Below are positions 9,177 to 18,266 of a DNA stretch of 64,000 nt, one piece after another. The DNA is taken from positions 1 through 64,000 of the IMG/VR virus record IMGVR_UViG_3300044658_000058; one strand, 5' to 3'. Both the position numbers and the translations under genes were made by a program. Within the stretch, counting starts at the first letter, position 1. The number at the start of each line of letters is the position of its first letter. This DNA comes from a virus. The notes under the pieces were generated by a model, which did not search any database, was not told the origin of the DNA, and saw only the letters and a list, made by a program, of their open reading frames with translations.

Positions 9177-9512
9177 TTATTTCTTCTTTTTTAATTCTTC
9201 TGTTGTTGGTAGTGTTCCTGTTAATTGTTGATCACGAAAACGAATTGCATCCCCTAAAAATCCATGCCTCTTGGCACAAATAAGCAAACTTTCTCTGTCA
9301 ACGCTCCAATAATATTCCACTTCCGCCCTTGTCAGAACTCTTTCCGGTATCTGGACTGGCAAATTACATTTCTTCAAAAGTGAGGAGTCGATATTCCCGA
9401 TAATAGGTTTTCCCGGTGATAGATCGATTGGACCTTGCGGACCTGAACACTCCGTAGCACCCATGGAAACCATAGTGGCTATCGCTATTCCGAATACTGT
9501 TGCTATTTTCAT
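9177..9512 (-). CDS. Putative o-spanin lipoprotein
   Basis: Signal peptide followed by Cys, Pro-rich region, CxxRH; follows i-spanin. Confidence 0.65.
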   Translation of the reverse strand: MKIATVFGIAIATMVSMGATECSGPQGPIDLSPGKPIIGNIDSSLLKKCNLPVQIPERVLTRAEVEYYWSVDRESLLICAKRHGFLGDAIRFRDQQLTGTLPTTEELKKKK

Positions 9513-9865
9513 TATCGTATTCCGTTCAGTCTTTTTGCAGCTTCGGCAGACAAGCCGGTTTCATTCGCATCCGGAGCCGCCAAGGCCAACAATCTGTTCC
9601 GTTCTCTCAAATCCGCCAGTTGCTTTTCAGCTTCGTCCATTTGTTCGGCAAATTTCTTTTGTTGTTCTTCTGCCGCACGGTTAGCCGCAATCTGACGATT
9701 CATTTCAATGGTAGCTTGTTTTTCGATTTTCAGATTAAGCTCTGCAATAGCCGCTTCTGATTTCGAATTCGCAGTGTCATAGCCTACAGAGTACGACTTA
9801 ACGATCACCAGACCGAGAATTACAGCACCAGCGACCGGAGCAACCCAACTTGGCAATCCAAACAT
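9512..9865 (-). CDS. Putative i-spanin
   Basis: N-terminal TM, GY motif, long coiled coil. Confidence 0.7.
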   Translation of the reverse strand: MFGLPSWVAPVAGAVILGLVIVKSYSVGYDTANSKSEAAIAELNLKIEKQATIEMNRQIAANRAAEEQQKKFAEQMDEAEKQLADLRERNRLLALAAPDANETGLSAEAAKRLNGIR

Positions 9866-10245
9866 TATTCTGTGTCCTCTTTCTTACCGTCTGGAATCTG
9901 ACTTGGCTGTTCAGTGTCGGCAGGCGGTGTATCGTCTTCCGAGCTAGTTTCATCAGTTCCCAAAGTTTCATTCTGTCTATTCAGAGCCGACATATAGTTT
10001 TTGTCGTCCCAAGTCGCACCAAACACATATTGTCCAATTAAAGTCACTCCACCAGCAATCAATGCGATGGATACTTGTTGGTATAGGACAGTATCTTTAT
10101 TGAAAAAGATAATCCATGATATCCAAACGAGAATAGCGACTAAAGCCAGATCAAGTCTTAGTCGCCTCTTAGCCCAAGGTCTTGGGGTAATTCTCTCTAT
10201 ATGTGAGGCTCTTTTTTTAATGTTTTTATTCTGATTCAGAGCCAT
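9865..10245 (-). CDS. Two-TM membrane protein, holin candidate
   Basis: PWAKRR, two TMs, YVFGATWDD. Confidence 0.6.
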   Translation of the reverse strand: MALNQNKNIKKRASHIERITPRPWAKRRLRLDLALVAILVWISWIIFFNKDTVLYQQVSIALIAGGVTLIGQYVFGATWDDKNYMSALNRQNETLGTDETSSEDDTPPADTEQPSQIPDGKKEDTE

Positions 10246-10276
10246 TTCAACTTCCTAATAGTACCTTATTATGTAC

Positions 10277-10284
10277 TATTTAGA
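10277..10284 (-). promoter_or_regulatory. Late promoter
   Basis: TCTAAATA upstream of lysis genes. Confidence 0.5.
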
Positions 10285-10291
10285 AATCGTT

Positions 10292-10690
10292 TTACCTTAC
10301 CGCCAACGTAGGGTCTGGACTCATAAAGTTCTTCTTTCGCATGACTGTCTTGGCAACGATTTCCATCATTCTTTTGACAGGGTTCCATTTGAACACAACC
10401 GGAGAGTTAACATCCGTTTGCATGTCTTTTAGAACAGCTTCCGATGAAGGTTTCATGAATTTCATCTTGTTGCCAAACTTTTCGAAAGCAAGTCTGAATA
10501 GACGATTCAATTCAGCAAGAGTGATTTGAGTCTTATTACGAGCGTCGTTAACACGTTCCCAGAAATGTTTGGTGAAGCTAACATCCATATTAAGTGTATT
10601 GAACAATCTATCGAGGTAGTGTTCTAGAGATTTCAGAGAATCCCATGAAATTGGAGCGGCTTGTTCTGTAAGATATTCTTTAAATCTCAT
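10292..10690 (-). CDS. Putative internal head protein
   Basis: N-terminus MRFKEYLTE resembles T4 internal-protein capsid-targeting sequence. Confidence 0.7.
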   Translation of the reverse strand: MRFKEYLTEQAAPISWDSLKSLEHYLDRLFNTLNMDVSFTKHFWERVNDARNKTQITLAELNRLFRLAFEKFGNKMKFMKPSSEAVLKDMQTDVNSPVVFKWNPVKRMMEIVAKTVMRKKNFMSPDPTLAVR

Positions 10691-10692
10691 TT

Positions 10693-11082
10693 TTAATACC
10701 CGTGTCTCTTTTGACCCTTTTCATCCGTCCAATGAATATTTGCGGATGGTTTAGGTCTGTTCTTCATTGCTTCATGTTCTTCCGGACGCATACGCTTTGG
10801 CATCCCACGGCGCATAACTTCCGCTTCCAATTCATCACGACGCTTGCGAGTTTCATCTGTGTGATCTTTTTCGGAGATATTGTTATGTTTGGCATATTCC
10901 GATTTTAGGAAATCTCGGGCATAGGTGCGAACATGATCCTTCGGATTTCTAGACGTGAAGCCGCCCCCTGTGAAATTCGTCTTAGGCGCTTCCATCTTCT
11001 TTTCCGGTTCCGGAGCGGGGGCCGGGGCAACTTTGCGCTTGAATGGGTTCCATTCCGTAAGATATTCTTTGAACGATTCCAT
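10693..11082 (-). CDS. Putative internal head protein
   Basis: MESFKEYLTE leader; basic. Confidence 0.7.
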   Translation of the reverse strand: MESFKEYLTEWNPFKRKVAPAPAPEPEKKMEAPKTNFTGGGFTSRNPKDHVRTYARDFLKSEYAKHNNISEKDHTDETRKRRDELEAEVMRRGMPKRMRPEEHEAMKNRPKPSANIHWTDEKGQKRHGY

Positions 11083-11591
11083 TAAATGATCCTCTGCGTC
11101 ATTGCGTTCATCGACATACGACGGCGCAACATGTTCTTTTTTACCTTTTTCGGATTGGCAGGCGGATTGTCATCCAAGCCAGCCATTTGCGATGCGTCAC
11201 CAACCGAATTCGTAGGGGCCATGGGAGCATCTTCCGTCAACATGGCTTGTGCTTCCTCGAAATAGGCTTGCATTTTCTCCCACAAAACATCATCATCGCT
11301 TGGGTCTAGCTCTTCCCCTTCACGTAATAGCATTATAGCGGCAGCGTATGAGGCAATGCGGGACTTCCCGCCCGGAACTTTCCCCAACAATTTCTTCAAA
11401 TTCAAAAGCAGAAGATCATACATTTTGAATGACCGATTCTGGACTTCTGTTCTCTTTTTCTTATCGACTATAATGTTCCCATCGGCGTCTATAACGCCGG
11501 TTTTGTAAGCATTCCACTTTTTGAACGGCGTAACTAAACGTCTAATGAAAGAATACAATAGAACGGAATCAAATACGCTGAGCGATGCCAT
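11082..11591 (-). CDS. Conserved T4-like hypothetical protein
   Basis: FIRRLVTPF..W.AYKTGVIDADG pattern seen in T4-like phages. Confidence 0.7.
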   Translation of the reverse strand: MASLSVFDSVLLYSFIRRLVTPFKKWNAYKTGVIDADGNIIVDKKKRTEVQNRSFKMYDLLLLNLKKLLGKVPGGKSRIASYAAAIMLLREGEELDPSDDDVLWEKMQAYFEEAQAMLTEDAPMAPTNSVGDASQMAGLDDNPPANPKKVKKNMLRRRMSMNAMTQRII

Positions 11592-11987
11592 TTATTTTAG
11601 TCTTTCCTCTTCCATTCTTCTAAGTGCCTTCACCACGCCATGATCAATGATGATTTCTTTTGTATCAATTATCTGTTCGTTGATGAAGATAAGTTCTGGC
11701 AAAAAGCCGATATACATCAAAAACGGTGCCAAACAATCATGATATTCAGTCAATTTGAAAAACAAAAGTCTTGTGCAAGCCTTCGACTCGAAAACATTGT
11801 AGAGAACAACAAGATGGTTCAAAATCAATCGTTCTCTTAATACACCTTTGTTCTTATATGCATAGAACAGTTTCTTCAAATACTTAATTCTATTCAGGTC
11901 TTCCAAAAATTCCTCTGGTGAGAGACAATTTGGATTATCATAAAATTTAGCCGCATAGAATGCGAAATTCGGTTCATTCAAAATCAT
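11592..11987 (-). CDS. Conserved T4-like hypothetical protein
   Basis: YDNP...EF.EDL.RIKY...ERLILNH..LYNVF. Confidence 0.75.
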   Translation of the reverse strand: MILNEPNFAFYAAKFYDNPNCLSPEEFLEDLNRIKYLKKLFYAYKNKGVLRERLILNHLVVLYNVFESKACTRLLFFKLTEYHDCLAPFLMYIGFLPELIFINEQIIDTKEIIIDHGVVKALRRMEEERLK

Positions 11988-12712
11988 TATAGATTACGCT
12001 TATTCCCAATGGCATCTCCATATGCCGTTAATAGTTTCAACACAACTTTCAAAGGCAAATCAATTACAAGAGATGACATCTTTATATTCGGATCAAGCAG
12101 TACAGAAAACAACCATCTATGATGACCATCGATAATGTATCCGTCCGAAGTGGAAATCATGAAGCTGCTACCAACGGACTTAGCCCATTCGGCGGGTTCA
12201 GAAGACATTCCGATTTCCAACGCCTTGTCGAGATAAATTTGCTGTTGAATAGGCTTCAAACTTCCCGCTGCAATGAGCTTGGCCGAAAATTTGACCACAT
12301 CATCCGATACCTTTCCATCACGAAATCCATTGGTCAAAAATTTCTGAGCAGCGACTCCGGACAGTCCTTCCGGAAAAGGATTCTCTGGGTCTGTTCCCTT
12401 AGCAAATGGCTTCTTAATATCCAAAGCGCCTCTTGCAAGGCGCTGTTGAAGTTGGAAGGCATCAACACGACGGATAACCGGCATGTCTTTTCGTTTCGTA
12501 TGACCGAGCTTCGCTAAGTTCTGTGCCAAGGCATAGTTATGAGCAAAATTTGGAAAGAGCTTCTTTGGTGATTTGGTGTGATTGCGATGATAGATCGTAT
12601 TCGCAACATTCATTGCTGTTTGCACAGGCGTTGAAACGATTTCATAATGTCCTGCATCAGCACCGCCACCGGTTGGCTTTTGATACTCTAAAAGAAACTC
12701 TTTGAAACCCAC
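11987..12712 (-). CDS. ParB/Srx-fold protein with capsid-targeting-like leader
   Basis: IIDGHHRW motif; MGFKEFLLE N-terminus. Confidence 0.7.
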   Translation of the reverse strand: MGFKEFLLEYQKPTGGGADAGHYEIVSTPVQTAMNVANTIYHRNHTKSPKKLFPNFAHNYALAQNLAKLGHTKRKDMPVIRRVDAFQLQQRLARGALDIKKPFAKGTDPENPFPEGLSGVAAQKFLTNGFRDGKVSDDVVKFSAKLIAAGSLKPIQQQIYLDKALEIGMSSEPAEWAKSVGSSFMISTSDGYIIDGHHRWLFSVLLDPNIKMSSLVIDLPLKVVLKLLTAYGDAIGNKRNL

Positions 12713-12722
12713 GGCAATTCCT

Positions 12723-13136
12723 TTAGAATGAAGAGAGTGGTATTCTCTTGATACTATTAGTTGTGTTATTTGATACCCTTATATATAAGTAGTTGGCATC
12801 ATAGAACAATTTACCCGGATCAATACTTGTCACAGAAGAATTGGAAGGGGTCAAAGTTTGCTGAATAACAATACCATTTGCATTGAATGTTGTTGCTCCA
12901 AGGGTGGATGGGCCGCTTACATTCAATTTCTGAACGCCGGTATTACCAAGATTTGTCTGACCAGTAACAGTCAACACCTGTGAAATATTGGTGTTGCATG
13001 GAATGTTACCAAACAGAGTATTCAAAGATATCTGTTTACCAGTTGGTGTTCCCGTGGTATCGACAATAACGTAAAGAACGTTAAGGCCATATGGAATTGT
13101 TGCTGTTTCTAGTTCTGTTACTTTCTTCGATGGCAT
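12723..13136 (-). CDS. Putative virion structural protein
   Basis: KKVTEL N-terminus; YDANYLYI...KRIPLSSF C-terminus typical of fibre/decoration proteins. Confidence 0.6.
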   Translation of the reverse strand: MPSKKVTELETATIPYGLNVLYVIVDTTGTPTGKQISLNTLFGNIPCNTNISQVLTVTGQTNLGNTGVQKLNVSGPSTLGATTFNANGIVIQQTLTPSNSSVTSIDPGKLFYDANYLYIRVSNNTTNSIKRIPLSSF

Positions 13137-14471
13137 TTAGCAACCCTTGTTCTTTTTCATCATAGCCTTTGCAAGTGCCATGCCTCTTTCACGTTTTCCA
13201 ATGGTTCTATTGGCTCTTGAACGTGCCTTGTCATCGTCGAGATAATCTGCACCGCCACGATCAATGTGAGCGTTGGCCTTGGAAATCCATGCTTTCTTGT
13301 CGTAATTGGTCATGGTCTGTGCTGACAATTCGTCAAGTCGTTCGACTTCTTCTTTCAAGCCGTGATATTCTTTCCAACGGTTCAAATGACGATCAAGCTG
13401 GCCCTTTGTGTCACCATGACCGGGAGCCATGATGCCATTCTTTTGCTTATTGCGAGAATGCCAGCTTTCCGGAGCACCCTTCTGTTGCCATACATGAACC
13501 TTGCCGCCTGTAGTTGGATGTTCATATGTGTGGGCAGGAAAATCGTGATCACGACCGCCAAGGCTCTTTTCAGTGTGTGAACCCTTGTAGACATAGCCAT
13601 GCGAAGCAAGAACCTTATTGAACTTATGCTTTGGTTCAGTTTCTTCGTTCAGTTCGATTTCCTCTTTGTGGAGGATTTTCTGTAGAACAGCGCCAGCTAC
13701 ACGCTTTCCAGCTTCCTTGGAACCATATTCCTTGGCAGCTTTCGCAGCGACTTTCTTGAAGTTCAGACCGGGCTTGCCAATGTCTTCACCCTTTTTGAAT
13801 TCTTCCAATGGCTCAACAGATTCAGCAAGCTTCGAAACGATGTTCGCTACTTTCTTGTGTGGAACGACATGGCCACGATAGTTTTCCATCGAAGCACGAA
13901 CGCCGTTTGTTACCAAGCGATACTTTTTGCCGCCATGAGAAACAACATGTTCTGACCAGCCATCATGACGCTTCTGTGTGGCACCAGCATGAATTTTCTT
14001 TAGATATTCCTGTGAATCTTCATTCAACATGGAAAGTTCGCTTTCCAGACGTTCAACCTTCTCTTCCAAAGTTTCCTTACGGGCCGGACGCCAGTTGCGC
14101 TTGCCTTGATTTGTGAGAATGGATGCAATAGAGTCGGTTGACTCATTGATGATCAAAGGTTTCTCTTCCACCTTGTTCAGGCGAACGGTCGAAGCGATTT
14201 CTCTAAGGCTCTTTTGTGGAGCCTTGGTTTCAGTGATGATCGGAGCCGCAGGCTTCTTTTCTTCCACAATTTCCCATGGGGCTCTCTTTGGAGTCAAAGC
14301 AGATGCCACACCGGAAATGTCCTTGACGGTTTCCTTTGTTGGTTCCTTGTAGGCAGCAAGGCGAGAGGCAAGCTCTTCACTGATTACCGGTTCATCCTTC
14401 TTAGGACGTGCAGTTTCCAGAAGCCCTTTCTTAAGAGCTTCTGCCAATTTATCTTTGCCTCTGTAATTCAT
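13137..14471 (-). CDS. Putative head/core polyprotein with multiple gp21-type cleavage sites
   Basis: Repeated [ILV]xE sites; EEIELNE and EEVERLDELS linkers between basic modules. Confidence 0.65.
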   Translation of the reverse strand: MNYRGKDKLAEALKKGLLETARPKKDEPVISEELASRLAAYKEPTKETVKDISGVASALTPKRAPWEIVEEKKPAAPIITETKAPQKSLREIASTVRLNKVEEKPLIINESTDSIASILTNQGKRNWRPARKETLEEKVERLESELSMLNEDSQEYLKKIHAGATQKRHDGWSEHVVSHGGKKYRLVTNGVRASMENYRGHVVPHKKVANIVSKLAESVEPLEEFKKGEDIGKPGLNFKKVAAKAAKEYGSKEAGKRVAGAVLQKILHKEEIELNEETEPKHKFNKVLASHGYVYKGSHTEKSLGGRDHDFPAHTYEHPTTGGKVHVWQQKGAPESWHSRNKQKNGIMAPGHGDTKGQLDRHLNRWKEYHGLKEEVERLDELSAQTMTNYDKKAWISKANAHIDRGGADYLDDDKARSRANRTIGKRERGMALAKAMMKKNKGC

Positions 14472-14483
14472 TTGTGCCTTTCC

Positions 14484-15062
14484 TTAGACGATTACGAACG
14501 TCGAAAGTGTATTAGAAACCGTGGCTGAAATGTTTGTGTTAACGGTTTCGGTCGTGCCAGAGAACGTGCTGTACACCTTCGCCTGTGCAGTGTTCGATAG
14601 ATTCTGTGCCTGAATTTTATATGTACCGGCAGTTGCTACCTTGAACTTGAATACCAATGTATTGTTGGCATTTGTGATCGAAGCCTTATTGGTGTTCGAT
14701 GTTGCAACTACGTTGTTTCCGCCAGCGGTGTTCGCTACAGTCAAACGGAACGGAGAGGCCGACGCACCGATAGAAAGTTCTTCTGTGAACACGACGTAAG
14801 CGAAATTCACCTGATTTTTCTTAAGAGCCGTGCCACCAGTCGTGTTGGCAACATAAACCTGTGCAACCTTTGGCTTACCCATAAGGGCATCGCTAGGAAG
14901 ATTACCGATGGCTACCAGCGGTTCATACTTGTTTCTAACGTTACCATGAACGTCGGTGTATGTGATTCTGCGAGTCCAACCGAACTTGGTTGCGACGATA
15001 TTTCTTTTTTGGTCCTGTGACACATAAAGTGGCACCTTACCAGATTTGTTCCAAAGTGACAT
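14484..15062 (-). CDS. Virion structural protein (MSLW family)
   Basis: Start reassigned to MSLWNK at 15062; late promoter upstream; beta-rich. Confidence 0.65.
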   Translation of the reverse strand: MSLWNKSGKVPLYVSQDQKRNIVATKFGWTRRITYTDVHGNVRNKYEPLVAIGNLPSDALMGKPKVAQVYVANTTGGTALKKNQVNFAYVVFTEELSIGASASPFRLTVANTAGGNNVVATSNTNKASITNANNTLVFKFKVATAGTYKIQAQNLSNTAQAKVYSTFSGTTETVNTNISATVSNTLSTFVIV

Positions 15063-15114
15063 GTATTTGATTCCCTTTTCGTTTTTTAAACTACTCAACA
15101 TGATGTAGACCCAA

Positions 15115-15122
15115 TATTTATA
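15115..15122 (-). promoter_or_regulatory. T4-type late promoter
   Basis: TATAAATA. Confidence 0.65.
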
Positions 15123-15133
15123 AAAAATGGGTA

Positions 15134-15162
15134 TTGACATGAGAGGCGGGAATCGTCATATT
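15134..15162 (+). promoter_or_regulatory. Sigma70-type promoter
   Basis: TTGACA-N17-CATATT. Confidence 0.55.
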
Positions 15163-15185
15163 TGGGTAAATAAAGGATTATATGA

Positions 15186-15875
15186 ATGAAGCTTTATCAC
15201 GGAACGAATGAAACGGTAGCGAGGGTGGCCCTTACCGAAGGGCTCAAACCCCGTTCCATGACCAAAGCATCGAATTGGAAACACACGGTTCTGTCACATA
15301 AGGATATGATCTATCTGACAGATACCTATCCTCTTTATTTCGCCTTGAATTCCATTCAGGGAACGGAGCGGGCGGCTGTCATAGAAATTGACACCGACAA
15401 GCTGCTTCCTTGGGAATTCATGCCCGACGAGGATTACCTTGAACAGGCGACACGCAAAACCCCCGATGATCCCAAGACCGATTGGGACATGAAAAAGCGC
15501 AATCGCTGGTATCGTGCAAGATTGCAACAGTTCTCGGGATATTGGGAAGAGTCGTTGAAACGACTTGGAACGTGTGCCTACCACGGTATAATCGGTCCAC
15601 AAGCGATCACTCGGGTAGCGTTCATCGACTACAAAAAGCAATCGGTCTTAGCCATGAGAGGAATGGACCCATCCATTTCGATTGTGAACTTTGGCCTTTG
15701 TTCAAAAGATTATCAACATCTCATTCCGTGGCTGTTCGACGGCACATATGAGCCGACAGAGCGGGACGGGATGCTGATGAAACTTGGGTTTCCTTCCACC
15801 AAGGAAGTTCTTGAAAAGGAAGGTAGAGCGGGGATTTCAATCGAAATTCCAAATTTGAAAAAGGAAGACGCATGA
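15186..15875 (+). CDS. ADP-ribosyltransferase-fold protein
   Basis: LYHGT...GLKP...IYLT...YFA...AVIEID...PDED. Confidence 0.6.
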   Translation: MKLYHGTNETVARVALTEGLKPRSMTKASNWKHTVLSHKDMIYLTDTYPLYFALNSIQGTERAAVIEIDTDKLLPWEFMPDEDYLEQATRKTPDDPKTDWDMKKRNRWYRARLQQFSGYWEESLKRLGTCAYHGIIGPQAITRVAFIDYKKQSVLAMRGMDPSISIVNFGLCSKDYQHLIPWLFDGTYEPTERDGMLMKLGFPSTKEVLEKEGRAGISIEIPNLKKEDA

Positions 15876-16594
15876 AAATGAGAAATTTTGGATTAGCCGT
15901 GGCAGCAATTGCGCTGCTTACGGCAGGCAACGCCTATGCGGCTGATGCCATTGTCGAACAGCCGGTTGTGGCAACGACCTATGATTGGTCGGGACTCTAT
16001 GTCTTGGGTGAAGGCGGCTATGGTTGGGGAGATTCCGATCATGAACACCAGAACGTGAACACGTTCGGTGGACCGGGCGGCACCTATTCCAATGACGGCA
16101 ATGGCTTCGTCGGCGGCGTTGCGGTCGGCTACAATGTGGCATTCACCAACGGTTTCGTGATCGGCGTCGAAGGCGCAATTCGTTCCGGCCAAAAACTGGA
16201 TGATGGCGGCGAGTTCGAAATTTATCACAACTCGACCACGACCAAATCGAAATATGTGGCCACGGTCGCCGGACGGGCTGGATATGCATTCGGAAGCTTC
16301 CTGCCATACGTCAAGGCGGGTTGGGCCGGGGCAGATGTGGAGTCGACCCAGAATTACCATCCGGTCGGCCTTCCAGAAACCACATGGAGCGATTCCAAGT
16401 TCCTGAACGGGTTCGTGGTCGGGGCTGGCGTCGATTATGCCGTGACCGACAGAATTTTCGTCGGCGTCGAATACAACTACGTTGACTTCGGCAAGAAAAC
16501 GTTCGAAGGGCTAGACTCCAACGGGACGCTGACAAAGATTTCCGGCAATTTGCGGGAACAAACCGTTATGGCACGGGTTGGTATCAAGTTCTAA
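15872..16594 (+). CDS. Omp25/RopB-family outer-membrane beta-barrel protein
   Basis: Signal peptide AYAAD, YDWSGLY, GRAGYAF, GAGVDYA, C-terminal Phe. Confidence 0.88.
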   Translation: MKMRNFGLAVAAIALLTAGNAYAADAIVEQPVVATTYDWSGLYVLGEGGYGWGDSDHEHQNVNTFGGPGGTYSNDGNGFVGGVAVGYNVAFTNGFVIGVEGAIRSGQKLDDGGEFEIYHNSTTTKSKYVATVAGRAGYAFGSFLPYVKAGWAGADVESTQNYHPVGLPETTWSDSKFLNGFVVGAGVDYAVTDRIFVGVEYNYVDFGKKTFEGLDSNGTLTKISGNLREQTVMARVGIKF

Positions 16595-16669
16595 GGTGGC
16601 AACCTAGAACAATGACCGTTCGGTGATATTTGAGCCTCCCTCCGCTCATTATCACCGGACGGTTATAAA

Positions 16670-16834
16670 ATGGTGAATGACATGAAATATGATTACAAAC
16701 GTGTTCTGAAAAGGCTCAATCGGCCCGTAGGGTTTGAAATCGAAACAATGACCGGTGGCATTCGTTTCACGCCACCAGCTTGGTCATGGTTGGTTCTGTA
16801 TGCGATACTTCTCGCATGTATATGGATGAAATGA
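16670..16834 (+). CDS. Small membrane protein
   Basis: Manual ORF MVNDMKYDY...WLVLYAILLACIWMK. Confidence 0.4.
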   Translation: MVNDMKYDYKRVLKRLNRPVGFEIETMTGGIRFTPPAWSWLVLYAILLACIWMK

Positions 16835-16858
16835 AAAGGGGCTCGTTAGAGCCCCTTT
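16834..16858. terminator. Bidirectional terminator
   Basis: AAAAGGGGCTC-GTTA-GAGCCCCTTT between convergent units. Confidence 0.7.
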
Positions 16859-17028
16859 CTTCTAATGGTCATGACACGTTCCACCAAATCTTTGGCAGAC
16901 GGATGAATGATCACCGAGTCTGGCTTGGTCTGAACCAAGTCCTGCTTGTCTTCCTTGGAAAAATCCTTGAACGATTGTTCCTTGTCAGATTTTTCCTTGG
17001 CTGGCTGATATGGTTTGTTCCCGAACAT
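16846..17028 (-). CDS. Small hypothetical protein
   Basis: AAGGG SD; contains SFKDF. Confidence 0.5.
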   Translation of the reverse strand: MFGNKPYQPAKEKSDKEQSFKDFSKEDKQDLVQTKPDSVIIHPSAKDLVERVMTIRRKGL

Positions 17029-17057
17029 TTCAAAATTTCCCTTACTGTTTCATATAT

Positions 17058-18266
17058 TTAGTGAAATAGCTTGTTCATTGACTCTTCGTCGGGAGCCGGG
17101 AGCTTCTGACCGTTGGAAAGCGTAACGTTCGTAAAGCGGGTCGGGTATTGGAAGAACGGCGTTCCAAGGTGAGAAACCTTGTAGATCGTCTGACTGTACA
17201 CCGTGAAGCGAGCGCCATCCTTAAAAGTCACCAGAAGTTCGTTTTCCAGATGACCGCCGTTCAGACGGTTGTAGATGATGTCGATCTTATCCATGTTCTG
17301 CTTTTTGTCCACAATCGCACCAAGCTTGGCGGTGTTCTTGCTCACAAAGCCTTCAAGGATCAAATTCACCGTGCGCACAGCATCGGCATGGCAGATTTCT
17401 TTCCAATTATCCTTTTTCTTGGTGTGCAGCTTCGACGGACGGTTCTTTTCCGTAAAATCGATGCAATCCTGAACAAGCTGGCCAGAGCCATTCGGTGCGG
17501 CCATCCACCAAGAGATGCCGGAACGCTTGGTTTCTTCCTTGACACGTTCAAGCGCCTTGGCTTTCACATCCGGATCATTTCTCTTTAGATGATAGCGAAT
17601 GTCCTTTTCGGCGTTCGTCTTTTCCATCTGTTCCACGAGCTTGTCGATGTTATCGAATGCCCACGTCACTTCCTTGACGTTCCGTTCCTCGAAATACTTT
17701 TCGTAGGTCGGACGAACCTGTTCCACCAGCTTCCGGAGAATTTCGGTCATGCGCTTGGCGGCACCATGTGAAACCATCGCCTGAAACTGTGCCTTTGCCG
17801 CTTCCTTCTTTTCATCCGGCTTGCGGCCCGACTTGATATAGTTCTTAAGCTCTTTCAGCATGTCGGGGAAGGTCTGCATCCCGGCGAGCAAGGCATAGGC
17901 TTCCGGAAATTCGTTCTTGAAAGGCGTGATTTCCTTGAAGGATTTCTTAATGCCAACCGGGCTTTTGTTCAGCCAATAAACGGCATTGAATTTCTGACGG
18001 TCGGGGTGTTCATGGGGGATGGCGAGATATTTCTTCGAAACCGTCTGTTCCATCGCCTGCTCCCAACCACGGGAGAAACCATAGGAATACAAATCCTTGT
18101 ATTCGGCGTTATAGATATCCTTGGTTTCGATACCCTTCTGAAAAAGGTCAATCGCCTTAAGATACTGTTCCTTCTCCCGGCCTTCAAGATATTCGGCTGG
18201 TTTGCGATATGCATTCCAGTCATATCCGGCGCTCTCAATAAGGAAAGATTTGAAACTCATGGTCAT
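17058..18266 (-). CDS. Putative internal (ejected) protein
   Basis: MSFKSFLIE leader; 402 aa. Confidence 0.7.
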   Translation of the reverse strand: MTMSFKSFLIESAGYDWNAYRKPAEYLEGREKEQYLKAIDLFQKGIETKDIYNAEYKDLYSYGFSRGWEQAMEQTVSKKYLAIPHEHPDRQKFNAVYWLNKSPVGIKKSFKEITPFKNEFPEAYALLAGMQTFPDMLKELKNYIKSGRKPDEKKEAAKAQFQAMVSHGAAKRMTEILRKLVEQVRPTYEKYFEERNVKEVTWAFDNIDKLVEQMEKTNAEKDIRYHLKRNDPDVKAKALERVKEETKRSGISWWMAAPNGSGQLVQDCIDFTEKNRPSKLHTKKKDNWKEICHADAVRTVNLILEGFVSKNTAKLGAIVDKKQNMDKIDIIYNRLNGGHLENELLVTFKDGARFTVYSQTIYKVSHLGTPFFQYPTRFTNVTLSNGQKLPAPDEESMNKLFH

